Assembly (NCBI RefSeq): GCF_018977255.1
Contig: NW_024704742.1
Span: 7,876,001 to 7,940,000 of the forward strand
DNA: 64,000 bases
Reading direction: 5' to 3'
DNA from: Callorhinchus milii
Lineage: Eukaryota
Shown piece after piece: positions 12,560 through 25,390 of this stretch (positions are counted from its first letter, which is position 1; each line of letters starts with the position of its first letter). The notes below the pieces were generated by a model, which did not search any database, had not been told where the DNA came from, and was given only the letters and a program-made list of their open reading frames with translations. Made by a program: the position numbers and the translations under genes.

Positions 12560-12765
12560 TATAGTGTCACAGGAGCTTTAACATCCGCCTGAACAGACAG
12601 TCAGGCCCTCGGTTTAATTTCTCATTCGAAGGATGGCATCTCTGACAATTCAACGTACCCCCAGTACTGCATTGGAGTGTCAGCTTAGACTATTTGAGTT
12701 TGAATCCCAACAGTGGGCTCGAATCCGCAGAGGTGAGAGTGCTACCACTGAGCCAAGTTCCTGAC
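12560..12765 (-). mobile_element. Family A SINE 5' half, antisense
   Basis: Reverse complement of head and core (ctgagccaag, gtgtcagcttagac, ggtttaatttctcattcgaa). Confidence 0.75.
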
Positions 12766-13410
12766 ACAATAATGCACACACTCACACACACAACACAACA
12801 CAAAGCCGTAGGAAGCTCAATAAAAAGAAGGGGTTAGGTATTCTTCCACAGAATACCAGTCACATCTCTTTGCAGTGTGAAGTGTGTCAAGACGTCTCAA
12901 TGACATGATAAAGCACGATATCAAATGCAAGGTATATTATGCCTGATGGGGGATTGCCAGGATGATTTTACTAGTTTACCTGGGCGGCATGGGAAATCTG
13001 CATTTTTTGACAAAAATGCCCTTTTATTCCTCTTCACGTGTCTGTAGCACACAGAATTTATACAATAACATGGATTGTGATGGTCTGTGGCAGCCAAGCC
13101 ATTATTTTGATCAGAACCCTCGGGAGGAACGTTTGCAGAGAGCTGTCAATATAGACCTCATTCCGTTTACATTCAGTGGGTTAGGAATTCTCATAGAGAG
13201 AAATATTTTCACTCAGTTGATATGACTGACTTTGGACTTATATTTTCAGTGACATTAAATATGATTCAGTTAATACCCAGGTACCTCGACAGTGCCACTG
13301 ACGGTGTGATTTTAACAAGACAAAGCACACAAAGTCTTTATGTACGTATTAAAATCACAGCCACTTTTTTACGTAGGAAGTAAAAATTAACATCCATCTG
13401 AACAGGCAAC

Positions 13411-13910
13411 AACAACAATTTGGATTTATAGAGCGCCCTCCACGCCGGACGGTGTCTCAGAGCGCTTCACAGTAACGGATCCCAGGGCTGAGCCAGGGGG
13501 AGGGGGAGGAAAGTGACCAAAGGCGTGGTCGAAAAGAAAGGTCTTCAGCCGAGACCTGAAAGTGGGAAGAGAGGGGACGAGGCGAAGGGAGTGAGGAAGG
13601 GAGTTCCAGTGCCTCGGGGCGTAGTGGCTGAAGGCACGGCTGCCGAGGGTGGAGCGGAGGATTTGGGCACTGTTGTGAGGAGAGAGGAGGTCAGAGAGGT
13701 CGGGGGGTGCAGAGGAGGGGAGGGATTTGAAGACAAGGGTGAGGATCTTGAAGTCGATCCTCTCTGGGATAGGCAGCCAGTGCAGTCTGGCAAGGACTGG
13801 GGTAATTGGGGAGCGGAGTTTGGTGCAGGTGAGAATGCAGGCAGCAGGGTTTTGGATGACCTGGATTTTATGAATGGTAGTGGAGGGGAGGCCATCGAGG
13901 AGGGCACTTG
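13411..13910 (-). mobile_element. Older L2 3' fragment inserted in an antisense family A SINE
   Basis: (caa)n tail; homology to the C-terminal L2 coding region; flanked by aggcaac at 13404-13410 and 13911-13917. Confidence 0.85.
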
Positions 13911-15339
13911 AGGCAACTGAGTTACCTCAGTTTAACATCTCATCTGAAGGATGGTATGTCAGACAATGCAGTGCTTTCTCCACTCCCCTCACTCCCAGTA
14001 TCACTCCAGTGTCAGACTAGACTATGAGTTCAAAGACCAATCTTGGTGCTTGGTTCAGAGGCACGAATGCTGTTGACTGAGCCAGACTGACCTCTGTGTG
14101 AACACCAAGGCTTTTTACAGTGGAGTGCAAGACACAAATTGCAGAATGAAAGAATAAGGATATTGAGACCCACATCCTCAGGAGTTTTGAAGCAGATGGT
14201 TCCAAACAACACATAGTGCCACCAGTGGTGGTAAGATATGACAAGAGGGCAGCAGGAAATCAGGTCTAGTTCATCCCAAAATTTTGTTCATCCAAATCAA
14301 AGTAATTATAAATTGGCCATTTTCAATCCACGACTGTTTGTGGGACACTGCTGTGCGCAATTGGCTGCCGCGTTCGCCCACAAATATACAGTCAATTCAC
14401 TTTACAATATATTCTGTGAAGCGCTTTGAGATGTCGAGAAGAAAAGGATTATTATTATTATTATCCCTTGGACAAAAGAGTAGAAATGGATCTCAAGACA
14501 TTTCTTTAGTAGAAATTGGGGAGGAATGTTTAGGGGTCTGCATCAATGAAACCATTGAGCATGGAAGGTAACTGGAGGGTGAACTGTTGGAAGCAATGAA
14601 ATTGGTTGTAGAGCTCTGCTTCGTTGCTGTAAGATTTACATAGATTTGTACAACACAAAAACAGGGCATTCGGCTCAAATACTCCATGAAGGTCAATATT
14701 TAATAAAAATAAATTGGTCACTCAATCCACGACTGTTTGTGGGACACTGCTGTGCGCAATTCGCTGCTGTGTTTCGCCCACAAAGTATACAGTAAATTCA
14801 GTTTGCAGTATATTCTGTGAAACTCTTTGAGACATCACAAAGACATGATAAGACACTATATCAAATGCAATGATTATTATTATTATTTATATTCCATTTG
14901 TCTCCACCCACACCTTGCTCCCTCCCATACCCTTCTACTTCCTTCTCCCTCATGTGAAGGTCTAGCTTACTCTTAAATGCATCTATACTCGATGCCACAT
15001 TCCTCCATCCCTCGCCTGTTTCCAGGCACGTCTCAAGACCCTCCTTATCATCTGTGCCTATGACCACCTCCTATCCTCCTAATACTCATCAGTGACTCAA
15101 ATGTCACATGAAGTTTATGGTGAATAAAATATTAATTTTCATAATGTGTTATATATTTGTTGATATTGCTAACAAGTGTCAAGGCAAGGTTATACAATAT
15201 GATGAAATGATCACCTTTTCACAAAATTCCTGACTATTAATTTCAGCGATTTCACGGTATCACAATTTTACTGAAAACTTCAGGGATTTCACGACTTAAC
15301 TGTAACATATACATTATCCGGTGAAATATAATCAATGTT

Positions 15340-15690
15340 GTGCTGCAAAATCAAAGCCAGACCAGAACCAAAGAATATCTGCAAGTGTAAAATTGTGTTG
15401 GTTTGAGCGAATGCACAGCATCGATAGGGAGCTTGATCCCGGTTTTTGAAAGATTGAGTGGCATCGCTGATGTAGATGTAAGCAGGCTATCTGACAAACC
15501 ATGAGACCAGAACTTGAGAGGATTGGGTTAACATTGAAAAGCCGCAAGCAGAGACAGAGATTAGAAGATTTGGTTTTCCCTCTGCAGATTACTGGATATG
15601 TAGAGCAGGCTACCTGCAAGAGCTGTTGACTGCAAAAAATAACTCATCCAAAAGCGAACTGGATACGTTTCTGCTTGAAAATAGCATTGG
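15340..15690 (+). mobile_element. Ancient CR1 ORF2 3' fragment
   Basis: Frameshifted remnants resembling CR1 C-terminal motifs (RGDLI.VF-like, TEIRR.F, LPARAV, SELDTFL). Confidence 0.5.
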
Positions 15691-16906
15691 ACAATAAAGT
15701 GATACTTATAGATTACTGACTGACATAAACAAATTCTCCACATTACACAGCGCAATCTGTGCTTTTGGGGTTTGTACGAGCACCGAATCCACAGCTAATA
15801 TTCCACTTGAAGGGATTGTGTCCCTCAGTCAGATTTATACATTTGCATTCATCCAGCTCACAGCAATTTTTAGTGCTGGAACTGATCTTTCACCGTCAGT
15901 ACATGGAATGAGCACATTAATATATTTCACACATTGCGCACATGTATATTTAATTCTTCTTTAAAGCAAAAAGCATCGTATGGAAATATTGACAGAAAGA
16001 ATTAGCATGCTCCAGTGACAGAGTAGCCCCACGTTATGCCTATCAGAAGAGGTTAACATTTAACTGGTAACCCATCCTTAGTGCTGACCCACCAGACAGA
16101 CAGTTCACACGCTCTCTGCAGATTGTCTTCAGCGATGTTTCCCATAGATTCTAACATAACTGACACCCAGGCCAGGAATATTAAACCTTATTTTTCTTCT
16201 ACGTGAAAGCTAGTGATTCCCTGATAGACACGAAATACATGTCAAAGCAGCTTACCAAGCCAATCGACGATCAACTGGGTTCCTAATCACTGCTAGGTAA
16301 ACAGAGACGGGTGAAATAAGGAAACTTGCCTAAGGTTATGTCCCGCCCGGGAATCAAACCCGCGTCCTCTCACTTGCGAGGTGAGAATTCTACCCAATAT
16401 GCTATAGGATTCCAGTGGGCAATATCCCACAAGTAGCCATGAAGTGAGTGACCAATTTTATCTGGGTGATTACTGGCCTGGACACAGGGAGAAAAAAATT
16501 CTCTTTTTGAATAGTGCCACAGGATCTTTAACATCTACCTGAACAGCAGGCGAGGTCTCTGTTTTAGGTCACATCCGAAGGACAGCACCTCCATCAATGC
16601 AGCACTGCTGCAGTACTGCACTGAAGTGTCAGCCTGGACTGTGAGTTCAAACCCCAAACCTTTTGACTCAGAGGCAAAAATGCTACCAACTGAGCCAGGC
16701 TGATACCCAACTCAATATTCTTTCGCCATACCTATTAATCCCTCTACTACTCAAGTATCCATACACCCACCCATCTTCTAAACATCCCTATTGATTCCGC
16801 CTCTACAGCTTTATGGGGCAGAGTATTCCACATGTTCCTGCATGAAAACAGTTAACAAAACGACAATTACTGGTCGACAGGATTGATTTTTTTAAATAAA
16901 TGACTG

Positions 16907-17320
16907 TGGAGTCCTGTAGCTCAGTGGTTAGAGCACTCGCCTCGCAAGAGAGAGACCTGTGTTTAATTCCCGGCAGGGCGAAATGTTGGGCAAGTTTCTT
17001 TACTCCACACGCCTCTGTTTACCTAGCAGTACGTAGGAACCAAGTTGTTAGTCGATTGGCGGATGGCTTTTATTTTATAAATAAATAATATTTATTATTA
17101 TAAATAATAATTAATAAATAATTATTATTTATTAATAATAATAAATTGGTCACTCAATCCATGACTGTTTGTGGGATGCTGCTGTGTGCAATTGGCTGCC
17201 CTGTTTGAAAACAGTCCATTCACTTTACAGTATATTCTGTGAAGCGCTTTGAGACGTCTCGAAGACGTGATAAGGCGCTATATCAAATGCAAGGATTATT
17301 ATTATTATTATTATTATTAT
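16907..17320 (+). mobile_element. SINE family B, long form, with an AT-rich internal expansion (about 17070-17145)
   Basis: tggagtcctgtagctcagtggttagagc head, core, body and (tta)n tail. Confidence 0.9.
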
Positions 17321-19954
17321 CAACATCAATGTGCATCCTCTGTCCCATAGCAAAACAGCATCAAGATTACAACTGGAATGTTAGTTATTTAAGCACAATA
17401 TTGAGGCTTTCAACCCATGTTGACCTCCCTTGTGATGAGTGTAAAAACTCATTAAACTTGGCATGCAAGTTGATAAACAAGTCGAGCCATATATTTGCCT
17501 TTTTCACTTTGATGCTTTATACTTTATGATGATGATAACACAGGACATATCGATCACAACCTCACAACTGTAAGTTTCCAGCCGACATTTCTCAAGACTC
17601 CACGACTGTTTGTGGGGACGCTGCTGTGCGCAATTGGCTGCCATGTTTCGCCCACAAAATATACAGTCAATTCACTTTACAGTATATTCTATGACGCGCT
17701 TTGAGACGTCTTGAAGATGTGATAAGGCACCCTTTCACAGGCCATTCTGTGCAAATATACACTTCATGCCCTTTGCCACATTCAGTGGCCTCTTATTGAC
17801 AGACAGTTACAATAACAGACATCTGTTCAAAGCTTATCTTCCCTGTGTGAGATAAAGCCATTCTCACTTTCTGTCTCGAGTTAATGAGTCTCCAGTTCTC
17901 ATGTTAACATATTACACACATAGTCTGGCCTAAAACACTTAGCTATCCAAGATTAAAAATCCTAATTACTAGAAAGTCTTTCTACCCTTTTTCTTTAGCT
18001 ATTGACCTATTTTAAATCCTGCTGTTTAAATGTAACATAGAAATCTCTAGTCAACAGAGCCTTGTTCCAGACCTCAGGACACATCGTAAGAGGTACTGTT
18101 TATGAGAGTGCCTCTTCATGTTTACTGATTAATGCCAGGAACAGGTTGTCAGGAAGGGTGGTTGAGGCCAGGAGACACTTTTAAAAAGCTGCTTGATAGT
18201 TTGATGGGATGGCAGAAGGGTGGATATTCAGGAGGGATGAGATCAAATGAGCCGAAGGGACTTTTTCATCCGAACCAATCTTGTGATCTGATGATATCCT
18301 TCCGTTTTGATCGGGAGGAGCTAGCCTCTTAAGCTGGTGTTCCTCAGATAACATGTTCAAGATTGTGGAAGTAAGTGTAGAATTCATGCCCTAGTTATCC
18401 ATGACACTGTGCGTCAGTGCTAGCACATGGGCTGAAGTACTTTTACTTCCAATAAGTAAATAATAATAATAATCCTTGCATTTGATATAGCACTTTTCAC
18501 ATCTTCTAGACGTATCAAAGCACTTCACAGAATAGACTGTAAAGTGAATTGACTGTATATTTGTGAGCGAATAGCTTAAAGGTTCAGGATAGCCTTGAAC
18601 CAAACATGAGATATTGAACCCTACTTGAAAAGCCCCATTATATGTGCAACTCGGTGTTTCTGAATCATGAAACAATTTCACGGCAGTGACAAAGTGGCGA
18701 ATAATTCATGGTTTGTTCAAAGGGCATTCATCGCTTTAAAAAAAATCCTTCAAGAAAATACTAATAATAATTTGGTCACTCAATCCACGACTGTTAGTGG
18801 AACACTGCTGTATGCAATTGTCGGCCACCTTTCTCCCACAAAATATATAGTCAATTTGCTTTACAGTATATTCTGTGAAGCGCTTTGAAACGTCTCGAAG
18901 ACGTGATAAGGCGCTATATCAAATGCAAGGATTATTATTATTATATTATAAGGTGGGTCATGTGGAGAAAACCACCAGTGCACATTTGACGTGTTAAATG
19001 GACTGATTCTGTGCTGCTCATTCTATGGGGGGATTAATGTGTTATTCCTAAATATATTTCATCAACCTGGAGAACAAACTGAAAGTCACAACAAAGGGTT
19101 TGTTAACAAACTGAGTCAGGAGTCAACCTCCTGACTCAGAGGTGATGGTGCTAATAACTGAGCCAAGGCCGACACTCGGTGTGGGGGGCTGGTTTGGGGG
19201 AGTGGGGGGGTTGAGGTTTGAGTCCTGAAAGAGAAGGAGGCAGGTCCCGAGATGTCTCTTCCGCTGAAGTCTCCTCTGCACTGTGTCTGCGGTTTGTGTC
19301 TGTTTCTAGCACAGAGTCGAGCCGGTCATTTATCTTTTTTAATTTATCTTCTTCGGTGTGAAATAACAAGCCGGGCGCTGTGAAAATCACATCAATGACC
19401 AGAGAAAGAGAATCTTGTCTTTTGGGGCAAGGAACACCCGAAGCAGCAGAACACAGCTGCCCATCAAAGTTTATCATCTTGCAGCTAAGGATGAAGGAAC
19501 GCTTTGGTACTGCCTCCCTACTGTCCTTCCCTCCTCCCCGCCCACCCTCCCTTCTCCCCCTCTCCCCGAGAGACACATCTCCTTTGAAGTATCGTCTTTT
19601 TGTTCTTTTCGACAACAAATTTCTCACCGAGACTCTCCTTCTTTGGGCTAGCCTCACATCTCGCCGCAAAGCGGTTCTAAGTCCTTGGGTTTCGGTGGCT
19701 GGTCAACGATCCTTTTTTTTTCGTCTGAAACGAAAAAGATCTGAAACGTTACCGATTCTGGTTTTAAATCGTGTATTTCCCCCCCAAAAGAGAGAGAACG
19801 ATAGAGAGAGAGAGAGAGAGAAGCGGAATGTGCCCAAAGGAGAAATCAAATCCCAACCGTGCCCAAAGGGACTTGCGGATCTCTGCTTGTAGCTTAGCAA
19901 CGGTGCTTTACACAAGTGGTGATAGAAGCTGGGTCAACCCTCACCCCCCTACTT

Positions 19955-20200
19955 CTTACCCCCCCATTCTCATCCCCCCCCCCTCTCTCGATCTCCCCCT
20001 CTCAACCCCCCTCTCACCCCGCCCCACTCTCGCCCCCCCCCACTCTCGCCCCCACCCCACTCTCGCCCCCCCCCACCGCCCCCACCCACTCTCGCCCCCC
20101 ACCCCCACTCGCCCCCCCACCCACTCTCGCCCCCACCCCACTCTCGCCACCTCCCCCTCACTCTCACCCCCCCTACCCCCATCCCCCCACTCTCATCCCA
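19955..20200. repeat. C-rich minisatellite (unit about cccactctcgccccc), G-quadruplex-prone on the minus strand
   Basis: Repeated cactctcgcc motifs separated by long C runs. Confidence 0.85.
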
Positions 20201-23200
20201 ACCAATTCACAGGAACTCATCAAGCATAGGCTTTGGGTAGGGCGAGAAATGAAGGAAATGCTATGTGTATAAAACCATCATCCATTCCCTGTGTGTGTTC
20301 ATTCAGAATTAACTGTATATTTTGTGTGCACCAGTTCAGCTGCAGCTTTGTAACAGCCCAGGTTTTCCTGGCTCCTCTCTAATCTGATCTGATTCAATCT
20401 CCTCGGGTTCTTAGATCATTTTTTTTTCTCTTGCTGATCCCCAGCAGTATATAGGCACGAGAGAGTTTCTTGGCCAGAGATGTAGGCTATCCCTTTAAGA
20501 AGTCAAAGCCCATCAAGAAAGAGCCAACGAAATAAAAGCAGGTCACATAAAAAGATCCTAGAAAGTAAGCCTTGTTTGGGATCAGAGGGAATGGGAAGTT
20601 ATTTAATCATCTGTTTGGGGATTGAGAATCATGAAACAGTGTCTGAAGTAGACTTGGACTGGTACTGACTGGTATGAGGTTGAACATGAACTCTCACACA
20701 ACAGGGAAATAAATTTGGGAACAGGAGAATTGAATGCCATTCAAAGATGTGCAAATGCCATGACCACTGAAGTTAGTAGACAACTTGAGGCAAGGTTGGC
20801 ACCAGTTTGAGCCAGATTTCTTTGTGATAGCCTCAAATTTGCTGAAACTGCTGCAAAGCCACTAAACGGCTATTTTTCTGAATGTAGCAGATGTTGAAGA
20901 AGCAAGAGAATAAGCTTGAAAGGTTAGAGAGGGATCTGGAAATGCTCACCGAATGACCTATTAAAAAAAAGAGAATCAGAACACGTTAAAGAAGAAACAA
21001 ATCTGGAAGCAAATCAAACCAGAAAGAGTAGTGGAAAAGAAGGGAGATGCCACCAGCTCAGGTGCCGAATCAGCTTTGTCAAGTGCTTTGAGACGTCCTC
21101 CTGACATGAAGGGTGCTATATAAATGTAAATTGTACTGCATTATGCCAGTGCCTTCCCCCCACCCACCACCCACTCCTCATTGGAGCTTATTGTCTTAAT
21201 TTTATTCACCGTTGGCCTGATTCTGATCAGAACTGTAAGACCTGCTAACCATGTCCATAACCATATGGTTTGTGTGACCAATACTGTGTGGTGACTGAAT
21301 GCTGATCACAGCCAAGTCCTCTGGTCATCCCTTCAGTCTCCCTTTGGTTGCACAGGTTTCTCTGTGAGTGATGAAAGGCGAGGCTGCCAAGGAGGACAGT
21401 AGCCTCCATGAGTTAAAAGATGCTGCCTTTAGGAGGGGAAACAAAAGGACATTAAAGGACTTCTAGAGATGAGGATTGACCGAGTGATCCAAGCAAAGAC
21501 TTAGACCTGCCCTGCGAGATCTCAGGGTGCTATAACCATTGCATTAGGGGTGGATGGACGCTCTTACTGTCATTTCACTCTTGTCTTTCAGTGAAAACAA
21601 ACTGCCATTGATTCGCTTTCCCTGTGGACCTTTACAAATTCTGTAATAAAACCTGGAGGACATCTCTGTTTCATATGGAACTGCAGCCCGTTAATCCTTT
21701 TTCCAGTGGTACTTAGATCTCTGGGTCTTTCTTTTCCATCTCCAACCTCTTCCTACCCCCGCGCCCCAGCAGTTGCTTTTATCTTCTCCCAAATGGACAA
21801 AGCCCTGCATTATTGCCACAAGGTCGTCGGTGGTTAAATGAATAATTTGCAAAATTATCTGTAACAATGACATTCTAAAATAACCACGACTGCCAACGTT
21901 TCTGAAGCCTTCTTCAGAGCGAGACAGAGAAAGGGATTTAATTATTAATTTTTGGACTGGATGCCTGTCTTCCATCATTTTCCGTGCTCAATAGTTTTTC
22001 TGCCACTTTCAGTGTAATTGGCTTTCTACGCTCATCTCGCAGAAGTCTTTCTCAATGAGAATCTGTGACAGTGGAAGCACACAGAGCACATAAAGCAGAG
22101 TGTGCACGGGAAAGTGACAGGAAATGTACCTCGGCAGATATCCATGTTCTTCGATGCTAAAATACACTGTCACTTTCACCCGTTTCACATGATGGTGTAG
22201 ACGGGCTGTGCCCAGTCCTGCAATTAACTTCTGATTTACACTCATTGGACTTACAGTAATGACAGCAAAACCACTGAACCCTCAGCCTAGTTGTCAGCCT
22301 AGTCCGACTGCTTAGAACACAGTGGCCATTGTCATCTTCTGTGATACCTGCTGCGTTGCACCCCTTTAAATTCAAAAACAATGACACCAGAGAGCATTCA
22401 CAAGGTAGCAGTGTATTGTGGACTTATATATGGGTGTTTTGCCCACATAATATACAGTCAATTGGCTTTACAGTATATTCCGTGAAGCGCTTTGGACGTC
22501 TCGAAGAGGCGATAAGGCGCTGTATCAAATGCAAAGATTATTATTAAAGGGCTTTAGGTGGCTAAAGGCAAAGACACCGAAACACGCGCTACAAAAAATA
22601 ACACCACCAACAATAAATTGCATTTAAATAGCGCCTTTCATGTCGAGAGAATGTCCTAAGGCGCTTGAAATAAAGGGTCCATTGGCAGATATTACAGCTG
22701 TGATCCTGTCTAAAAATTGAGGTGAGTTTTATAAACTAGCTGTGCTGAGATAGTGGCTCGATTTTTTAAGCACATCACTCAGCCAGAGGCCTGAAACTCC
22801 ACTTAATCTGTGAGGGTTCTGCAGTTCTTTAAAAGAAAACGGCTTGCAAATAGACTGAATCGACGTATTGTCCTCAATCCTCAGCTAATTCTCTTCTCAG
22901 TGGAAATGGTCCCAGGATGGGGTAAAATCAGCCACAGTTCATGTTCATGTTGGTTACCCACAGGACCTCTCCCCCTCCAACCCTCCTTTCATATGTGCAC
23001 TGTTGTAGAATTGAAACCACTTTAAATTTGGTTGCAATGTCTTCCAAAAGCTTATAATAATAATAATAATAATAATCCTTGCATTTGATATAGCGCTTTA
23101 TCATGTTTTCGAGATGTCTCGAATCACTCAATGGACTTGAGGTACAGATCAGCCATGATCTTATAGAATGGCAGAACAGGCTTGAGGGGCTGATTGGCCT

Positions 23201-24067
23201 TCCAAGAGCTTCACAGAATGTATTGTAAAGTGAAACAACTGTATATTTTGTGGGCGAAACGTGCCAGCTTGCTGGCCGGCACCCACTGTCTAGGATCGTT
23301 TGTTTCCACTTGGACAATAACAAATTGCATTTATACAGAAGGCTTCTCGCACATCTCAGAGGGCTTTATAGGGACAAGGGAGAAAATTGGAAAGGGAAAA
23401 AAAGTACAGAATCAACACCAACTATCCACTTTTCACCATTAAAGTAGCAGCCAGTTAACACTTCCCACAGCTGATTCTGTATTCGGCAACAATTCACATT
23501 ATTGAGGTGTAATTTGCAATATTAACAGACCAGATTGTTGCAGCAATTGAAATTTATTATGAGTGAAATTTGGGTTTGTCGCTAGCTGAGCGCTGATCAC
23601 AGCCGCCTTTTCACATTTAAAAGAGAAGCCAGCGTTTTGCTCGCTGATTTTTTTTCAGACCTCACCGTCTTGGAAATTCGCAGTTTTCAGGCCAAGAATT
23701 ACACGCAATGGAAGTCACAAACCAGACATTGCATTTAACACAATGAATCCAGTTTGTGAATATTGACAATTGTCCATTTTGCCATAATGTATAAAATAAG
23801 AATACAGTGCCTTATCACATTGTCAAAATGTCTCAAAAACTCTTCAAATAATAATTTGGTCACTCAATCCACGACTGTTTGTGGGACGCTGCTGTGCATT
23901 TCGCCCACAAAATATACAGTCGATTCACTTTACAGTGTATTCTATGAAGCACTTTGAGACGTCTAGAAGACGTGATAAAGTGCTATATTAAATGCAAGGA
24001 TTATTATTATTATGTATGTGTGAACCCCAACAACGGTTTTGTAGAAATGTGCTGAAAGCAGAGATAT

Positions 24068-24383
24068 GAGTCCTGTAGCTCAGTGGTTAGAGCACTCGCT
24101 TTGCAAGTGAGAGACCTGAGTTCAATTCCAGGCAGAGGGCGAAACCTTGGGCAAGTTTCCTTACGCCTAATAATAATCCCTCCAAAACCAAAAACAATAA
24201 TAAATTGGTCATTTTCAATCCACGACTGTTTGTGGGACATTGCTGTGCGCAATTGGCTGCCGCATTCGCCCACAAGTCTACAGTCAAATTCACTTTACAG
24301 TATATTCTGTGAAGCGCTTTGGGACGTCTAGAAGACATGAAAAGCGCTATGTCAAATGCAAGGATTATTATTATTATTATTAT
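24068..24383 (+). mobile_element. SINE family B, short form
   Basis: Complete head, ttccttacgcctaataataatccc deletion junction, (tta)n tail. Confidence 0.92.
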
Positions 24384-25024
24384 GAAAGGCAAGTGTTCAA
24401 TAGATTACCTTGTTCCTTCATCTCTGGAGCCAACCTCTGAAACCAACGCTGGCTGAAAAGTTATAGACAAGATATGAGGATAAGGTCCACAAATTGGGAT
24501 TCTGAAAGATTTTGAAGATAAATAGTGAAAGATTATTGCTGTTTGTTGGCTAATTGTAACTCTGAATTGAGTCCAGATGAGTTAAGAAGAATTTATTTAG
24601 TGCAAAATTGTTAGACCATTGAATTCTTTGCTACAATTGTCTATTTAAGTGGAGACCACAAAAATATTTTGAAGAAAATTGGATAAGTAATTGAAGGGAA
24701 GCAATATAAAAGGGCCTGGGGAAAGCACTTGGAATTGGAGTAGTTAACTTCGGTGAAGAAGCTAGTTCTGCTTAGACCCTACCCTCCATCTCGTTCCCTC
24801 TCTAACTCTCTTTAAATCCCATCTTAAAACTGAATTCATTGACTGGGCCTATGATCAACACCCATACTCTCCTCCTTCTCTCCCTTCCTGGGTATCCGAC
24901 CCCATCATGAAGTGCTCCAAGACATTATCCCACGTGAAGGTCACTATATAAGTGAAAGTTGTTGTTCTTGTGCTCTAATTTCTGTGATCCTTTGAATTCC
25001 TCTGCGTGAGCTGCAACCGTCATG

Positions 25025-25390
25025 TGTCAACCTGGCTCGGTTGATAGCACTATGTCCTCTGAGTCAGTGGTTACAAGTTCAAGCCTCATGTTGGGACTTC
25101 AACTGACACAACTCACTGATACTCCAATGCAGTACTCAGCATGTGCTGTTGTGTTGGAGGTTTGTGCTTTGGATGAAACATTAAAAATCTGAGTTCAGGT
25201 GGATGTTAAAGATCCCATGGCCCGATTCAAAAAGAGAAGGGAATTTCTCCCGGTGTCGTGAACAGGAATCCCCGCTCCCCCACCAAACAAAATCGGTTTC
25301 TTGGTTGTTTCTGGGACATCACTATGGGCAGAATTGGCTGCTGCATTCGCCAGCAAATAATAACACCACAGTAAATTCTGCGAAGGGCTT
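25025..25390 (+). mobile_element. Family A SINE, degenerate
   Basis: gtcaacctggctcggttgatagcac head; gttaaagatcccatgg core. Confidence 0.75.

Noticed and set aside
19151..20272. Overlapping 118-172 aa ORFs
   Set aside because: No recognisable domain; low-complexity, GC-rich or minisatellite-derived frames
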